DNA of 57,795 nt, taken from IMG/VR virus record IMGVR_UViG_3300037827_000133, positions 1 through 57,795 of that record. One strand, 5' to 3'. This document shows positions 36,118 to 43,449 of the stretch, one piece after another (position 1 is the first letter of the stretch; every line of letters begins with the position of its first letter). The notes beneath the pieces are model-generated. The model was not told the origin of the DNA. It worked only from the letters and a program-made list of their open reading frames with translations, and did not search any database. This DNA is from a virus. A program made the translations under genes and the position numbers.

Positions 36118-36275
36118 TTTATGACGTCGCCCAGCACCACCAGCGTATGGCCGGTGACACGAGCGCAGCGGCCCTCCTTGCCTGCCTGCGACAGGTTCGG
36201 CTGGGTAGTCCAGGTGAGCGCGGGGAGCTTACGATACGTACCTGACACTCGCGGCGGTGCAGTTGCTGCGGCCAT
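36075..36275 (-). CDS. Small protein with C-terminal CxxC, 66 aa
   Basis: GGGAGGG RBS before ATG 36275. The 5' part of track ORF 36075-36482 is rejected. Confidence 0.45.
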   Translation of the reverse strand: MAAATAPPRVSGTYRKLPALTWTTQPNLSQAGKEGRCARVTGHTLVVLGDVIKCQSCGSVWRDQGF

Positions 36276-36373
36276 GTTACCCTCCCATACATTAGATAAA
36301 GGCGGAGACGTTACTAAGGTTTCCCGGCTCGGTGCGGTCTCCGTCTTATCGACGTGGTCAGCGTCGAACCTGA

Positions 36374-37126
36374 TTACTTCTTCGCCGTCGTCCCCGTCCC
36401 TCGCGTAGCCTGTGCTTCCTTCAGCGAGAACGGCGCGACCAACCTGGCCTGCGCCCGCACCTGCTGCTTGCACGTCGGACACTGCACAATGGGATCGTGG
36501 ACGCCCGGCGTCTTGGTTGCGGGGAACCGATGCATCCCCTGCAGGAACGGCCGGGGCGACTTATCCCCGCGCTTCTTCGCTACCTCCTGGCAGTGCTGGC
36601 ATTCGGCGGACCATGCGGTCTCCAACACGAGTTCTGGCTCCGCGGCGAGGGTAGCTAGGAGAGCGTCCATGTATACCTTCTGTGATCCCGTCGGTGGCAC
36701 CTTCCCGCCTAGTTTACCGATCATCGTGGCCGCCTGCGACGTCCCCTTGCGCGCGTCCACGAGAGTCTTCACCCAGTACTCGGTTAGCTTCACGTTGTCG
36801 AACTCGCCGGAATGGTCGATGATCGAGTATTCGATGTTGGTGGCGAGAAAGGGCGCACCGTTGGCCATCTTGGCGCGGGATAAGACGGCATACCGCTGCT
36901 GTTGTCCCTTGTCGTCCTTGATATCCACCTGCTTGGCCTTGGCGCGCCACTTGCCATCGGGAAGCGGAGGCAGGACCGCATACGCGTCCGCGTCGGGGTT
37001 GATGGTCAGGACTTCCGAGGTGAGGCGAGGGTCGTTGGGGTCCACGAGTTGCTGCGGCTCGCTGCTCGGTGCCGCAGCTTGGTCCGCAGGCCCGCTTTCA
37101 TACGTGACTTCTCCAAATGCGCTCAT
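36374..37126 (-). CDS. DUF669-like protein (putative ssDNA-binding partner of the Sak4-like ATPase) with C-terminal Zn ribbon
   Basis: LPPLPDGKWRAKAK pattern. Position directly downstream of the ATPase. CQHC..CPTC. Confidence 0.4.
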   Translation of the reverse strand: MSAFGEVTYESGPADQAAAPSSEPQQLVDPNDPRLTSEVLTINPDADAYAVLPPLPDGKWRAKAKQVDIKDDKGQQQRYAVLSRAKMANGAPFLATNIEYSIIDHSGEFDNVKLTEYWVKTLVDARKGTSQAATMIGKLGGKVPPTGSQKVYMDALLATLAAEPELVLETAWSAECQHCQEVAKKRGDKSPRPFLQGMHRFPATKTPGVHDPIVQCPTCKQQVRAQARLVAPFSLKEAQATRGTGTTAKK

Positions 37127-37147
37127 AGTGTCATCTCCATTGTGTGA

Positions 37148-38173
37148 TTATTTCGTTGCTGTTAACTCTTTCGGTGCACGGCCGAGCTTCTGGTCCGCCC
37201 GTTCCCGCCATCCCTTCAACGATCCCGATCCCGCCGAGTCCGCCGCCAGCTTGTCGAGCGCCCGCAGGTAGTCGTCGAAGCCGTGATCCGGCGTCGGCAC
37301 AAAGAACCCGTCCGGGTAGAGTTCGGCCAGCTTCCCCACCGCGCCATGCGTCACTCGTGGCTTCGCAGGGTAGACGAGCCCCGTCCCCGGATCGCGGTGC
37401 TTTTTGAAGTAGTAGCGGCATACGGTGTCCATCGTCGACACTACCTCCGTCTCGCCCTGCTTGCCACCCAGCTTAGGCGCGTTGGTCGTGCGCTCCACTT
37501 GATAGTCCTGCGCGTGGATACAATCGCCGATCCACGTTGGGATCAGGGCGCTGATCGCCTTCCCCGGCGCCGCCACGCCGCCTACCGTTTGCCGGTCACC
37601 ATCCTCCGCCTTCTTGTCGTGACCGGTCAGCAGGAAGTATTCCACTGGGAGCGAGCCGAAGTTCATGATCAAGCCGTAGAGCTGGTTCTGCGCGAAGCCG
37701 TAGTGGCCGCGCGAGTTCCCCGCGAAGGTCTCCTCGCGCACCTGGCCGTCCACGCGGATCGGCATGCGGAACGGGGACGTAGCCTCCTCTCCCGTCTTCA
37801 GATTCTTGTCCGCGAGGTGCCGCATCAGCATAGTGCCGATGGACGTCACTCCCTCGACCGCGATCCCACCCACCTCGTTCCAGTTGACCGGGATGAAGTC
37901 TACCTGTGAGATATCCGTTTGCTCTGGGTTCGCCGGCCAATACCCCTGTGACACCTTGCGCAGGATAGGGAGAGGGATGACCGCCGTGTCGCAGCGATAC
38001 GGCCGGATCATCCCGGCTTCGATCTCCTCCTGGCACGGCCCCCAGCCACCACCGTCGGCGCTGAACAAGAGCGTAGCCTTGCCGGTGCGCTCGGCAACGT
38101 AGCGCGCGAGGTGGGCGATGGCGGTAGTTTTGAAGGTCCCCGTGTCACCATATATAAGTCCTGATCTTGCCAT
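37148..38173 (-). CDS. RecA-fold ATPase (AAA_24 / Sak4-like recombination protein)
   Basis: GLIYGDTGTFKTT Walker A-like at the extreme N-terminus. 341 aa. Confidence 0.65.
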   Translation of the reverse strand: MARSGLIYGDTGTFKTTAIAHLARYVAERTGKATLLFSADGGGWGPCQEEIEAGMIRPYRCDTAVIPLPILRKVSQGYWPANPEQTDISQVDFIPVNWNEVGGIAVEGVTSIGTMLMRHLADKNLKTGEEATSPFRMPIRVDGQVREETFAGNSRGHYGFAQNQLYGLIMNFGSLPVEYFLLTGHDKKAEDGDRQTVGGVAAPGKAISALIPTWIGDCIHAQDYQVERTTNAPKLGGKQGETEVVSTMDTVCRYYFKKHRDPGTGLVYPAKPRVTHGAVGKLAELYPDGFFVPTPDHGFDDYLRALDKLAADSAGSGSLKGWRERADQKLGRAPKELTATK

Positions 38174-38176
38174 AAC

Positions 38177-38563
38177 TTACGACGCCTTGGCCTTTCTCAT
38201 GGCCCAGCCATGCTTAAGGTTGTAGCTCTGGTTACACCATTCTAGATTCTCTGGTCGGTTGTTAGCACGAAAGCTGTCCTTATGATTAATACGATCCGTT
38301 CCTACAGGTGGGGGGCCGATAAAGGTAAACGCTACCAAGTGATGTGCGTAAACTCGGCATTTATGACGGACTTGTGCCTTGGCTCCAACAGAATGTCCTT
38401 TGTAGCCATAAAGTCTGGGCATCTCAACGTGGATATAACCGTTTGCTGATTTATGACCCACCAATCGGGCTATCCGACCATAGCTGCTAGCCACGAACCC
38501 ATCAGCGTGGGGGATCGCCTTCCAGACTTCGGTATCCCCGTATATAAGTCCTGACCTTGCCAC
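38177..38563 (-). CDS. HNH homing endonuclease (NUMOD4/HNH_3-like)
   Basis: W..I....GY.VSS.G pattern, HHLV, INHKD..R.NN..ENLEW. AT-richer. First 11 codons duplicate the ATPase N-terminus. Confidence 0.8.
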   Translation of the reverse strand: MARSGLIYGDTEVWKAIPHADGFVASSYGRIARLVGHKSANGYIHVEMPRLYGYKGHSVGAKAQVRHKCRVYAHHLVAFTFIGPPPVGTDRINHKDSFRANNRPENLEWCNQSYNLKHGWAMRKAKAS

Positions 38564-38564
38564 T

Positions 38565-39158
38565 TTATGCCACCTTCCTGAGCAACTTAACGCCGGGAGA
38601 GTTGAGGTCTCGTAGCACGGCGAGGGCTAGGGATGCGGAGAGGATGAGGTATTCGTTTGACGCCGCCGCCCGCGCCGCCGCCCACGCCGCCTCCGACGCC
38701 CGCGCCGCCGCCTCCGACGCCGCCTCCTCGCTTCCTTCCAACTCGCATCGCAACGCCGCAGCCATACACTTCTCGTCCTTGGGGAACACTTGCCGGAACA
38801 GCTTTGGGATAAGCACGCGGATCGTATTCTCCGCAATCCGCTTGGCGAACTCCGCGTCGGACACCACTCCCGCCGATCCCAGTTGCGCGAGTCCAAGATC
38901 GTGCAGCCCAGCCGCCCGCGCCTTCGGGCTCGACCACGCTGCGTCGTTCAGCGTGATTTTGAACGATCGCACTGCTGCAGCTACGCAGCCAGGGTCGTCG
39001 CCATGCGGCAGGTGCAACACTTGGCATATGGCCGCCTCGATGCATACCTGGTCGCCACGCTCGCCGAGGCCCTTCGACAGTCCCTGGGCGAGGATGCGGT
39101 CGAACTCGGCGACGTCGAAGGTGGTGACGTCGAAGGGAGCGGCAGTAGTGTTAACCAT
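38565..39158 (-). CDS. Hypothetical protein with C-terminal Ala/Trp repeat (EAASEAAARASEAAWAAARAAAS)
   Basis: Track ORF. Shares the repeat type and a 21-nt block with 42028-42657. Confidence 0.6.
   Translation of the reverse strand: MVNTTAAPFDVTTFDVAEFDRILAQGLSKGLGERGDQVCIEAAICQVLHLPHGDDPGCVAAAVRSFKITLNDAAWSSPKARAAGLHDLGLAQLGSAGVVSDAEFAKRIAENTIRVLIPKLFRQVFPKDEKCMAAALRCELEGSEEAASEAAARASEAAWAAARAAASNEYLILSASLALAVLRDLNSPGVKLLRKVA
38660..38730. repeat. GC-rich (GCC/GCG)n low-complexity tract encoding the Ala/Trp repeat
   Basis: gacgccgccgcccgcgccgccgcccacgccgcctccgacgcc... Confidence 0.8.
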
Positions 39159-39381
39159 TGACCACCGCCGGTAACGTACCGCCTGGGTATCGTACCTCTG
39201 CCGCTACTACCTTCTTCGTCCGTGGCTTGCGTGGCGTGGCCGACTTCTCCCGCGCCTTCGGCTGGGGCCTCTCCAGCAGCAGGTAGTCGGAGCCCTGGCC
39301 TACCACCTTGGCGTCCTGGAGGTGAGTCTTGACTTCCTCGAACAGGGCTACCTTCACATATCTATTACGATGCGTTGCCAT
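39151..39381 (-). CDS. Hypothetical basic protein, 76 aa
   Basis: Track ORF. Confidence 0.5.
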   Translation of the reverse strand: MATHRNRYVKVALFEEVKTHLQDAKVVGQGSDYLLLERPQPKAREKSATPRKPRTKKVVAAEVRYPGGTLPAVVNG

Positions 39382-39526
39382 TTAGTTTCGCTCTCTTTCT
39401 GAGCCGTTCTTGCGCGGCTGCGTTCTTGCATCCACGATCACAATACCGCTGCCGAAGGTCACGGACGACGAACGTTCCCGTCGGACATCCCTTCCTTTGA
39501 CAGCGTCGTAATCGTGGAGTTTTCAT
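39365..39526 (-). CDS. Small Zn-ribbon protein, 53 aa (MKTPRLRRCQRKGCPTGTF..RYCDRGCKNAA)
   Basis: ATG 39526, TAA 39365-39367. Below the track cut-off. Confidence 0.4.
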   Translation of the reverse strand: MKTPRLRRCQRKGCPTGTFVVRDLRQRYCDRGCKNAAAQERLRKRAKLNGNAS

Positions 39527-39549
39527 AATCTGATTAGTAAACCTAGAGG

Positions 39550-39578
39550 AATGTATACTAGGTCGAGAAAGCTGTCAA
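39550..39578 (-). promoter_or_regulatory. Candidate sigma70-like promoter (TTGACA-N17-TACATT)
   Basis: Read on the minus strand in the 200-bp gap downstream of the phosphatase gene. Confidence 0.3.
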
Positions 39579-39581
39579 GTG

Positions 39582-40010
39582 TTATTTTGTGAACGACGCC
39601 CACGTCTTATTCAGCCCGTAGTTAAGCCACCTGCGATACCCGTACCGCAGCGCCTCCGCCATCGCGCTATCCTTGCTCCATCCGTTGACGCACACTCGGT
39701 ACGCGGCGATCACGAGCCCCGTCCGGTCCTCTCCGTGCTGGCAGTGGACCAGCACCGGCTTCGGAGAATTGACGACGGCGGCCAGGATCTCGTTCAGGTA
39801 GTCCTGCGTGATCCCCGACCAGTAGATGTCCGGCCAGTCCGAGATCGGCATCGACACCACGCGCACCGGGGATAGCTCGATGGCTTCCGCAGCGTCCTCC
39901 TCTGGTCCCTCCAGGCTGATCACGGTGACGAAGTTGGACTTGATCGCGGGGAAGTCCGTCGGCTGGGGGCGTGGGCCGCGCCAGATCGAGTTGGAGACTT
40001 GAGAGATCAT
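39582..40010 (-). CDS. Cys-based protein tyrosine / dual-specificity phosphatase
   Basis: VLVHCQHGEDRTGLV = HC(X5)R(S/T) signature. Start at ATG 40010 with AAGGAA RBS. Confidence 0.8.
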   Translation of the reverse strand: MISQVSNSIWRGPRPQPTDFPAIKSNFVTVISLEGPEEDAAEAIELSPVRVVSMPISDWPDIYWSGITQDYLNEILAAVVNSPKPVLVHCQHGEDRTGLVIAAYRVCVNGWSKDSAMAEALRYGYRRWLNYGLNKTWASFTK

Positions 40011-40048
40011 AGGTTCCTTTGGTGAGTTAGTGTGTCGTGAACCATGTG

Positions 40049-40363
40049 TCACTCCGTAAGCATTCGGTCTCGGTTCTCTTCGTACAGCCGAATGTATGAT
40101 CTTGCTTCAGGGCAAAGCTCCAGCATTGCCAGTAGTTGTTGGATCGTGCCGTGCGGTTCTACCCCGAACAGGTGGAAGTACTTGACGTGGGCACGGCTCA
40201 GCGCTTCAGCCAGCCTGCGCATTCCGTCATCCACTGGTCGGTGGTGCCCAATTTTGCAATCAGTGGACGGGCACAAGCAAGGCGCGTTTTCATCTTTTCC
40301 ATAGCTACTCATAGGCCTCCTCTTGACGTAGATCGTAGCCGTATATGTATCAACTGTTTTCAT
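40049..40363 (-). CDS. Hypothetical protein, 104 aa
   Basis: Track ORF. Confidence 0.5.
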   Translation of the reverse strand: MKTVDTYTATIYVKRRPMSSYGKDENAPCLCPSTDCKIGHHRPVDDGMRRLAEALSRAHVKYFHLFGVEPHGTIQQLLAMLELCPEARSYIRLYEENRDRMLTE

Positions 40364-40394
40364 AAGTCCTTTAGAATGGTGACGAGTGGTCTCG

Positions 40395-41969
40395 TTAACC
40401 GCGCGTCTCTACCGCGTCCTTCTCCGGCGTGTGATGCGGCTCGCGGATACGGAACAATCCCGACTCCAGCGGCTTCAACCGGATATCGTCGCCGCCGTAG
40501 CATATCTTCGTCATGGCGCATTCCGTGGGGTACGAACACGCTTTCCTGCTCATAGGGAAGTGAACGTTCAGCAAGTGTCGCCGCTCGCCGTCGTCCGTGG
40601 CATTATCCACCTGCGCCACCGCTTCCGCAACACGGGATTCCTGCGCCTCGACCTGCTCCACCCAATCCCGTAACTGGTCATCGCTCCGGTACACGGTCAG
40701 CGGCGCCGGGAATACCTCGTCCAAGGGATGCTGCGTCGTATATCCCAATGCCTGCGCCCGCGACTTCCATCCCATCTCCCTTGGCTCCTGGCCCACGGTG
40801 GAGTCGAACGCCGACATGGCCATCTGGGAGTCGTCCAGCGCGTCGATCCACGCCTTCACGGATCCGTCCTCCCACACCGGACGCGACTTCCAGTTCTGCC
40901 AGGCGAGCTTGGAGGAGGATCCGTCGTCCTTGATCCAGTCGAAGGACCAGCATTCGTCCCCCACGTTATACGCAGACTGTCCCCGCTGCGGGATCGACGT
41001 AGCTACGTACTTGCGGATCAGGTGGCTGCGCTGACTCCAGACGTTGATGCCGAACCGCGCCGAGAGATCCTTGTCCAGGCCGCGGTAGGACTTCAGCAGG
41101 TATTCGTAGCGGATACCAAGGATGCGGGGCGGGGCAGGGAGAGCGCGGAGATAGTTCCAAGTCGCTACAGGAATCTCCTGGAGACGCGGATCATCTTGGC
41201 TAGGTTGATGCAACGCCTGCCACCACTCTCCTAGCCGTCGCTCCACCTCCACCCCCTCGCTCAACCCTTGCATGTCGTGCTCGGCGTCTCTCTGCTTCCG
41301 GATGTCCCACGACGCGGCCGTCTTGTACGAGAGGATGTAGAGAGAGTTGTCGGCGCGGGATCGGAGGAGGGCGTCGGGACGGGACATGAACATCAAGTCT
41401 GCCGGCTCAGCGACAGGATGGCAGGGGAAATCTCCTGGTGCCCAGTTGGCTAGTTGCCACTGGCCCTCCCGCTCCACCTCCAGCACCTCGAACTCCGCCA
41501 ACAGTGGCTGCAATCGCCTCCTAGCGTACGCACGCACCATTCCCTCGACCAGGCTGCTCTGTTCATCGTACAGCCACCGATCGAACTCCGCCGCCTGACT
41601 CGCCCGGTTGGCCACCAGCTCCCTGAACGTGGGATCATCCTCCGCCATCCCCAGCTCCCTGGCCTGCGCCGCCACCTGCGAGTCGAATCCCTCCGCCTGA
41701 GGCGTCATGGCCGCCAGCTCGGTCGTATCGAGGGCCAGCGCGGACTTGTGTAGGGAAAAGTCGGCCAGCGCGAAGTCCACTGCTTGATCCTCTGTCTGGC
41801 CCAGCAGGAGATGCTGGAGGCCGACATGGACTGAGCCCCCGACCACGAGGGGGAGTGCCTTCTTCGCAGGTTGTATGCCAATACCGCCCTCATGGTATTC
41901 CAGCCAGCGCAAGCGGTTACAGCGTTGATACGTCTCTACACGCGAACGATCCGTCCACACTGTCCTCAT
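40395..41969 (-). CDS. PD-(D/E)XK nuclease, Cas4/AddB-like with Cys cluster
   Basis: RPDALLR..(8)..LYILSYKT (D..ExK-like). N-terminal YQRCNRLRW plus C-terminal CSYPTECAMTKIC. GGGAGGAG RBS before ATG 41969. Confidence 0.65.
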   Translation of the reverse strand: MRTVWTDRSRVETYQRCNRLRWLEYHEGGIGIQPAKKALPLVVGGSVHVGLQHLLLGQTEDQAVDFALADFSLHKSALALDTTELAAMTPQAEGFDSQVAAQARELGMAEDDPTFRELVANRASQAAEFDRWLYDEQSSLVEGMVRAYARRRLQPLLAEFEVLEVEREGQWQLANWAPGDFPCHPVAEPADLMFMSRPDALLRSRADNSLYILSYKTAASWDIRKQRDAEHDMQGLSEGVEVERRLGEWWQALHQPSQDDPRLQEIPVATWNYLRALPAPPRILGIRYEYLLKSYRGLDKDLSARFGINVWSQRSHLIRKYVATSIPQRGQSAYNVGDECWSFDWIKDDGSSSKLAWQNWKSRPVWEDGSVKAWIDALDDSQMAMSAFDSTVGQEPREMGWKSRAQALGYTTQHPLDEVFPAPLTVYRSDDQLRDWVEQVEAQESRVAEAVAQVDNATDDGERRHLLNVHFPMSRKACSYPTECAMTKICYGGDDIRLKPLESGLFRIREPHHTPEKDAVETRG

Positions 41970-42027
41970 CGCCGTCTCCTCCCTCGTCCCACCAGAATGT
42001 CGATGATCGCCGCTAGCAGGTGGATTA

Positions 42028-42657
42028 TCATACCGTGTACTCCATGGCCTTCTGTGCAATTACGATTAGGTCCAAGGCCAAGGGAGCCGCCGCCTCCGCC
42101 GCCCGCGCCGCCCACGCCGCCCACGCCGCCTCCGACGCCGCCCGCGCCCACGCCCGCGCCGCCCACTCCGCCGCCTGCGCCGCCGCCTGCGCCGCCGCCC
42201 ACTCCGCCGCCTGCGCCGCCGCCCGCGCCGCCCGCGCCGCCGCCCGCGCCGCCGCCTCCGTTCTATCCTTCCTACTCAGCCAATCATCCGCCCACTTCTC
42301 CCACGCCTTATCCTTGGTGACCGTCTTAGCGCACAGTATCCCGAACGCCACCTTCTGCGTCAAGGAGATGACCGGTAGATCCATGCGCTTCATCGTCTTC
42401 AAGCTACGGCATCCGCACTTCAGTTGTCCCTCACGCTTGCCGACCTCTCCCCCCGCCTCCCACATCTGCGGATCAGCAAAGTTTGCGCCGATCGGATTCA
42501 GCAGGACCGCCAGCAGGGGATGCTCATAGGCGTGGATCCAGCCATCGGAGCATAGATCCTTGTCCGGCGACCCGGTAGCGGTATGCGTGATGCCCTCACC
42601 CCACTGGGTGTCGCCGCACGTGCGTCCGTTGGCGTCGGTTAGCTTATACAGTTTCAC
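42028..42657 (-). CDS. Conserved phage-type protein with long Ala/Trp repeat C-terminus
   Basis: MKLYKLTDANGRT..TQWGEG..H.A.G...LCSDGWIHAY at the N-terminus, then about 55 aa of AA(R/Q/E)AA(W)AA repeats. Confidence 0.6.
   Translation of the reverse strand: MKLYKLTDANGRTCGDTQWGEGITHTATGSPDKDLCSDGWIHAYEHPLLAVLLNPIGANFADPQMWEAGGEVGKREGQLKCGCRSLKTMKRMDLPVISLTQKVAFGILCAKTVTKDKAWEKWADDWLSRKDRTEAAARAAARAARAAAQAAEWAAAQAAAQAAEWAARAWARAASEAAWAAWAARAAEAAAPLALDLIVIAQKAMEYTV
42084..42260. repeat. GC-rich (GCC/GCG)n low-complexity tract encoding the Ala/Trp repeat
   Basis: About 175 nt of imperfect gccgcc(c/t)(g/a)cgcc units. Contains gcccacgccgcctccgacgcc, also present near 38680. Confidence 0.85.
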
Positions 42658-43001
42658 AGGAGTGGCTCCTCATCGCGGGCGTCGGCGAATATCACTATAT
42701 CGTCGCTGACTCCCGCATGCTCGATATCGGCCAGCGGCTGCAGGCGCTCGACGCGCTCGACCATGGTCTCCGGCTCGATCGGCGCCGCGTCCTCGATCCT
42801 CGACCGGTTGATCAGCAGGGCGTCCAGTTTCCCGTAGAACTTCGGCCCAAGTAACTCCATGAACAAGGAATGGTCGGCGGGATGGCGATAGTAGGCTACT
42901 CCCTTGTTTGGATCGTCATCCGCTGTGAACTCCCGCGATACCTCATATGTGAAGATAGGGTTGAACTCCGTGTCGCACTCTATGACGATGAAACGCTTCA
43001 T
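42654..43001 (-). CDS. Hypothetical protein, 115 aa; first gene of the leftward replication arm
   Basis: GGAGG RBS before ATG 43001. Confidence 0.55.
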   Translation of the reverse strand: MKRFIVIECDTEFNPIFTYEVSREFTADDDPNKGVAYYRHPADHSLFMELLGPKFYGKLDALLINRSRIEDAAPIEPETMVERVERLQPLADIEHAGVSDDIVIFADARDEEPLL

Positions 43002-43403
43002 ATTGATGCCTCCGAGTGAAATAATGGCACTGAACGCCATCCAATGTCAAGATAATTCTGCTAGACGCCATAAAATAAGTTGAAAATTACCATCCAGTAT
43101 GCCATTATCACTAGGATGCGTAGCCGATGTCTCATCCTCGAAACCACAGGACGGCTCGCTCGATGCCCGATCTGCCAGCATGAGTGGAAGCCGAAGTCTA
43201 CCAATCCTACACGCTGCCCGAATCGTCAGGCACCGGAGCACCGCGGCCGGCTGGGGAGATTCCCAGGATCGCGTAACATTATAGAGTCTACTGGTACCAC
43301 AAGCCAATAAAATTTCCCTTGACCTATTGACATTGTAGGTGTAGCTGTGATGGTATTCCATCAAGGACGTGGCGACGTCCCTGTGCCGACGGGTACCATT
43401 CCA

Positions 43404-43430
43404 GGGGGCCAGGCCGGTAACCTGGCCCTC
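43404..43430 (+). other. GC-rich hairpin in the 5' leader of gene 43450
   Basis: ggggggccagg / cctggccctc stem of about 10 bp with loop ccggtaa. No U-tract. Confidence 0.5.
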
Positions 43431-43449
43431 GTAGCTTTACCGGAGCTAA

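Noticed and set aside
36276-36373. Hairpin cggagac...gtctccg in the gap between genes 36374-37126 and 36075-36275, considered as a minus-strand terminator
   Set aside because: The stem is only 7 bp with a 27-nt loop and a weak, interrupted U-tract. The operon appears to continue with an RBS-bearing gene immediately downstream.
42084-42260. Periodic GC-rich tract considered as a CRISPR array or satellite
   Set aside because: There is no repeat-spacer architecture. The units are 3-nt periodic, degenerate and fully inside an ORF, where they encode an Ala/Trp repeat. No cas genes were seen apart from a Cas4-like nuclease fold, which is typical of phage exonucleases.
43047-43364. Track ORF 43047-43364(-), 105 aa, in the large intergenic region
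   Set aside because: It has no RBS, overlaps promoter-like boxes, and has an odd composition (Cys/Arg/Leu-rich with no pattern). It sits in the divergent control region. It cannot be fully excluded without conservation data.
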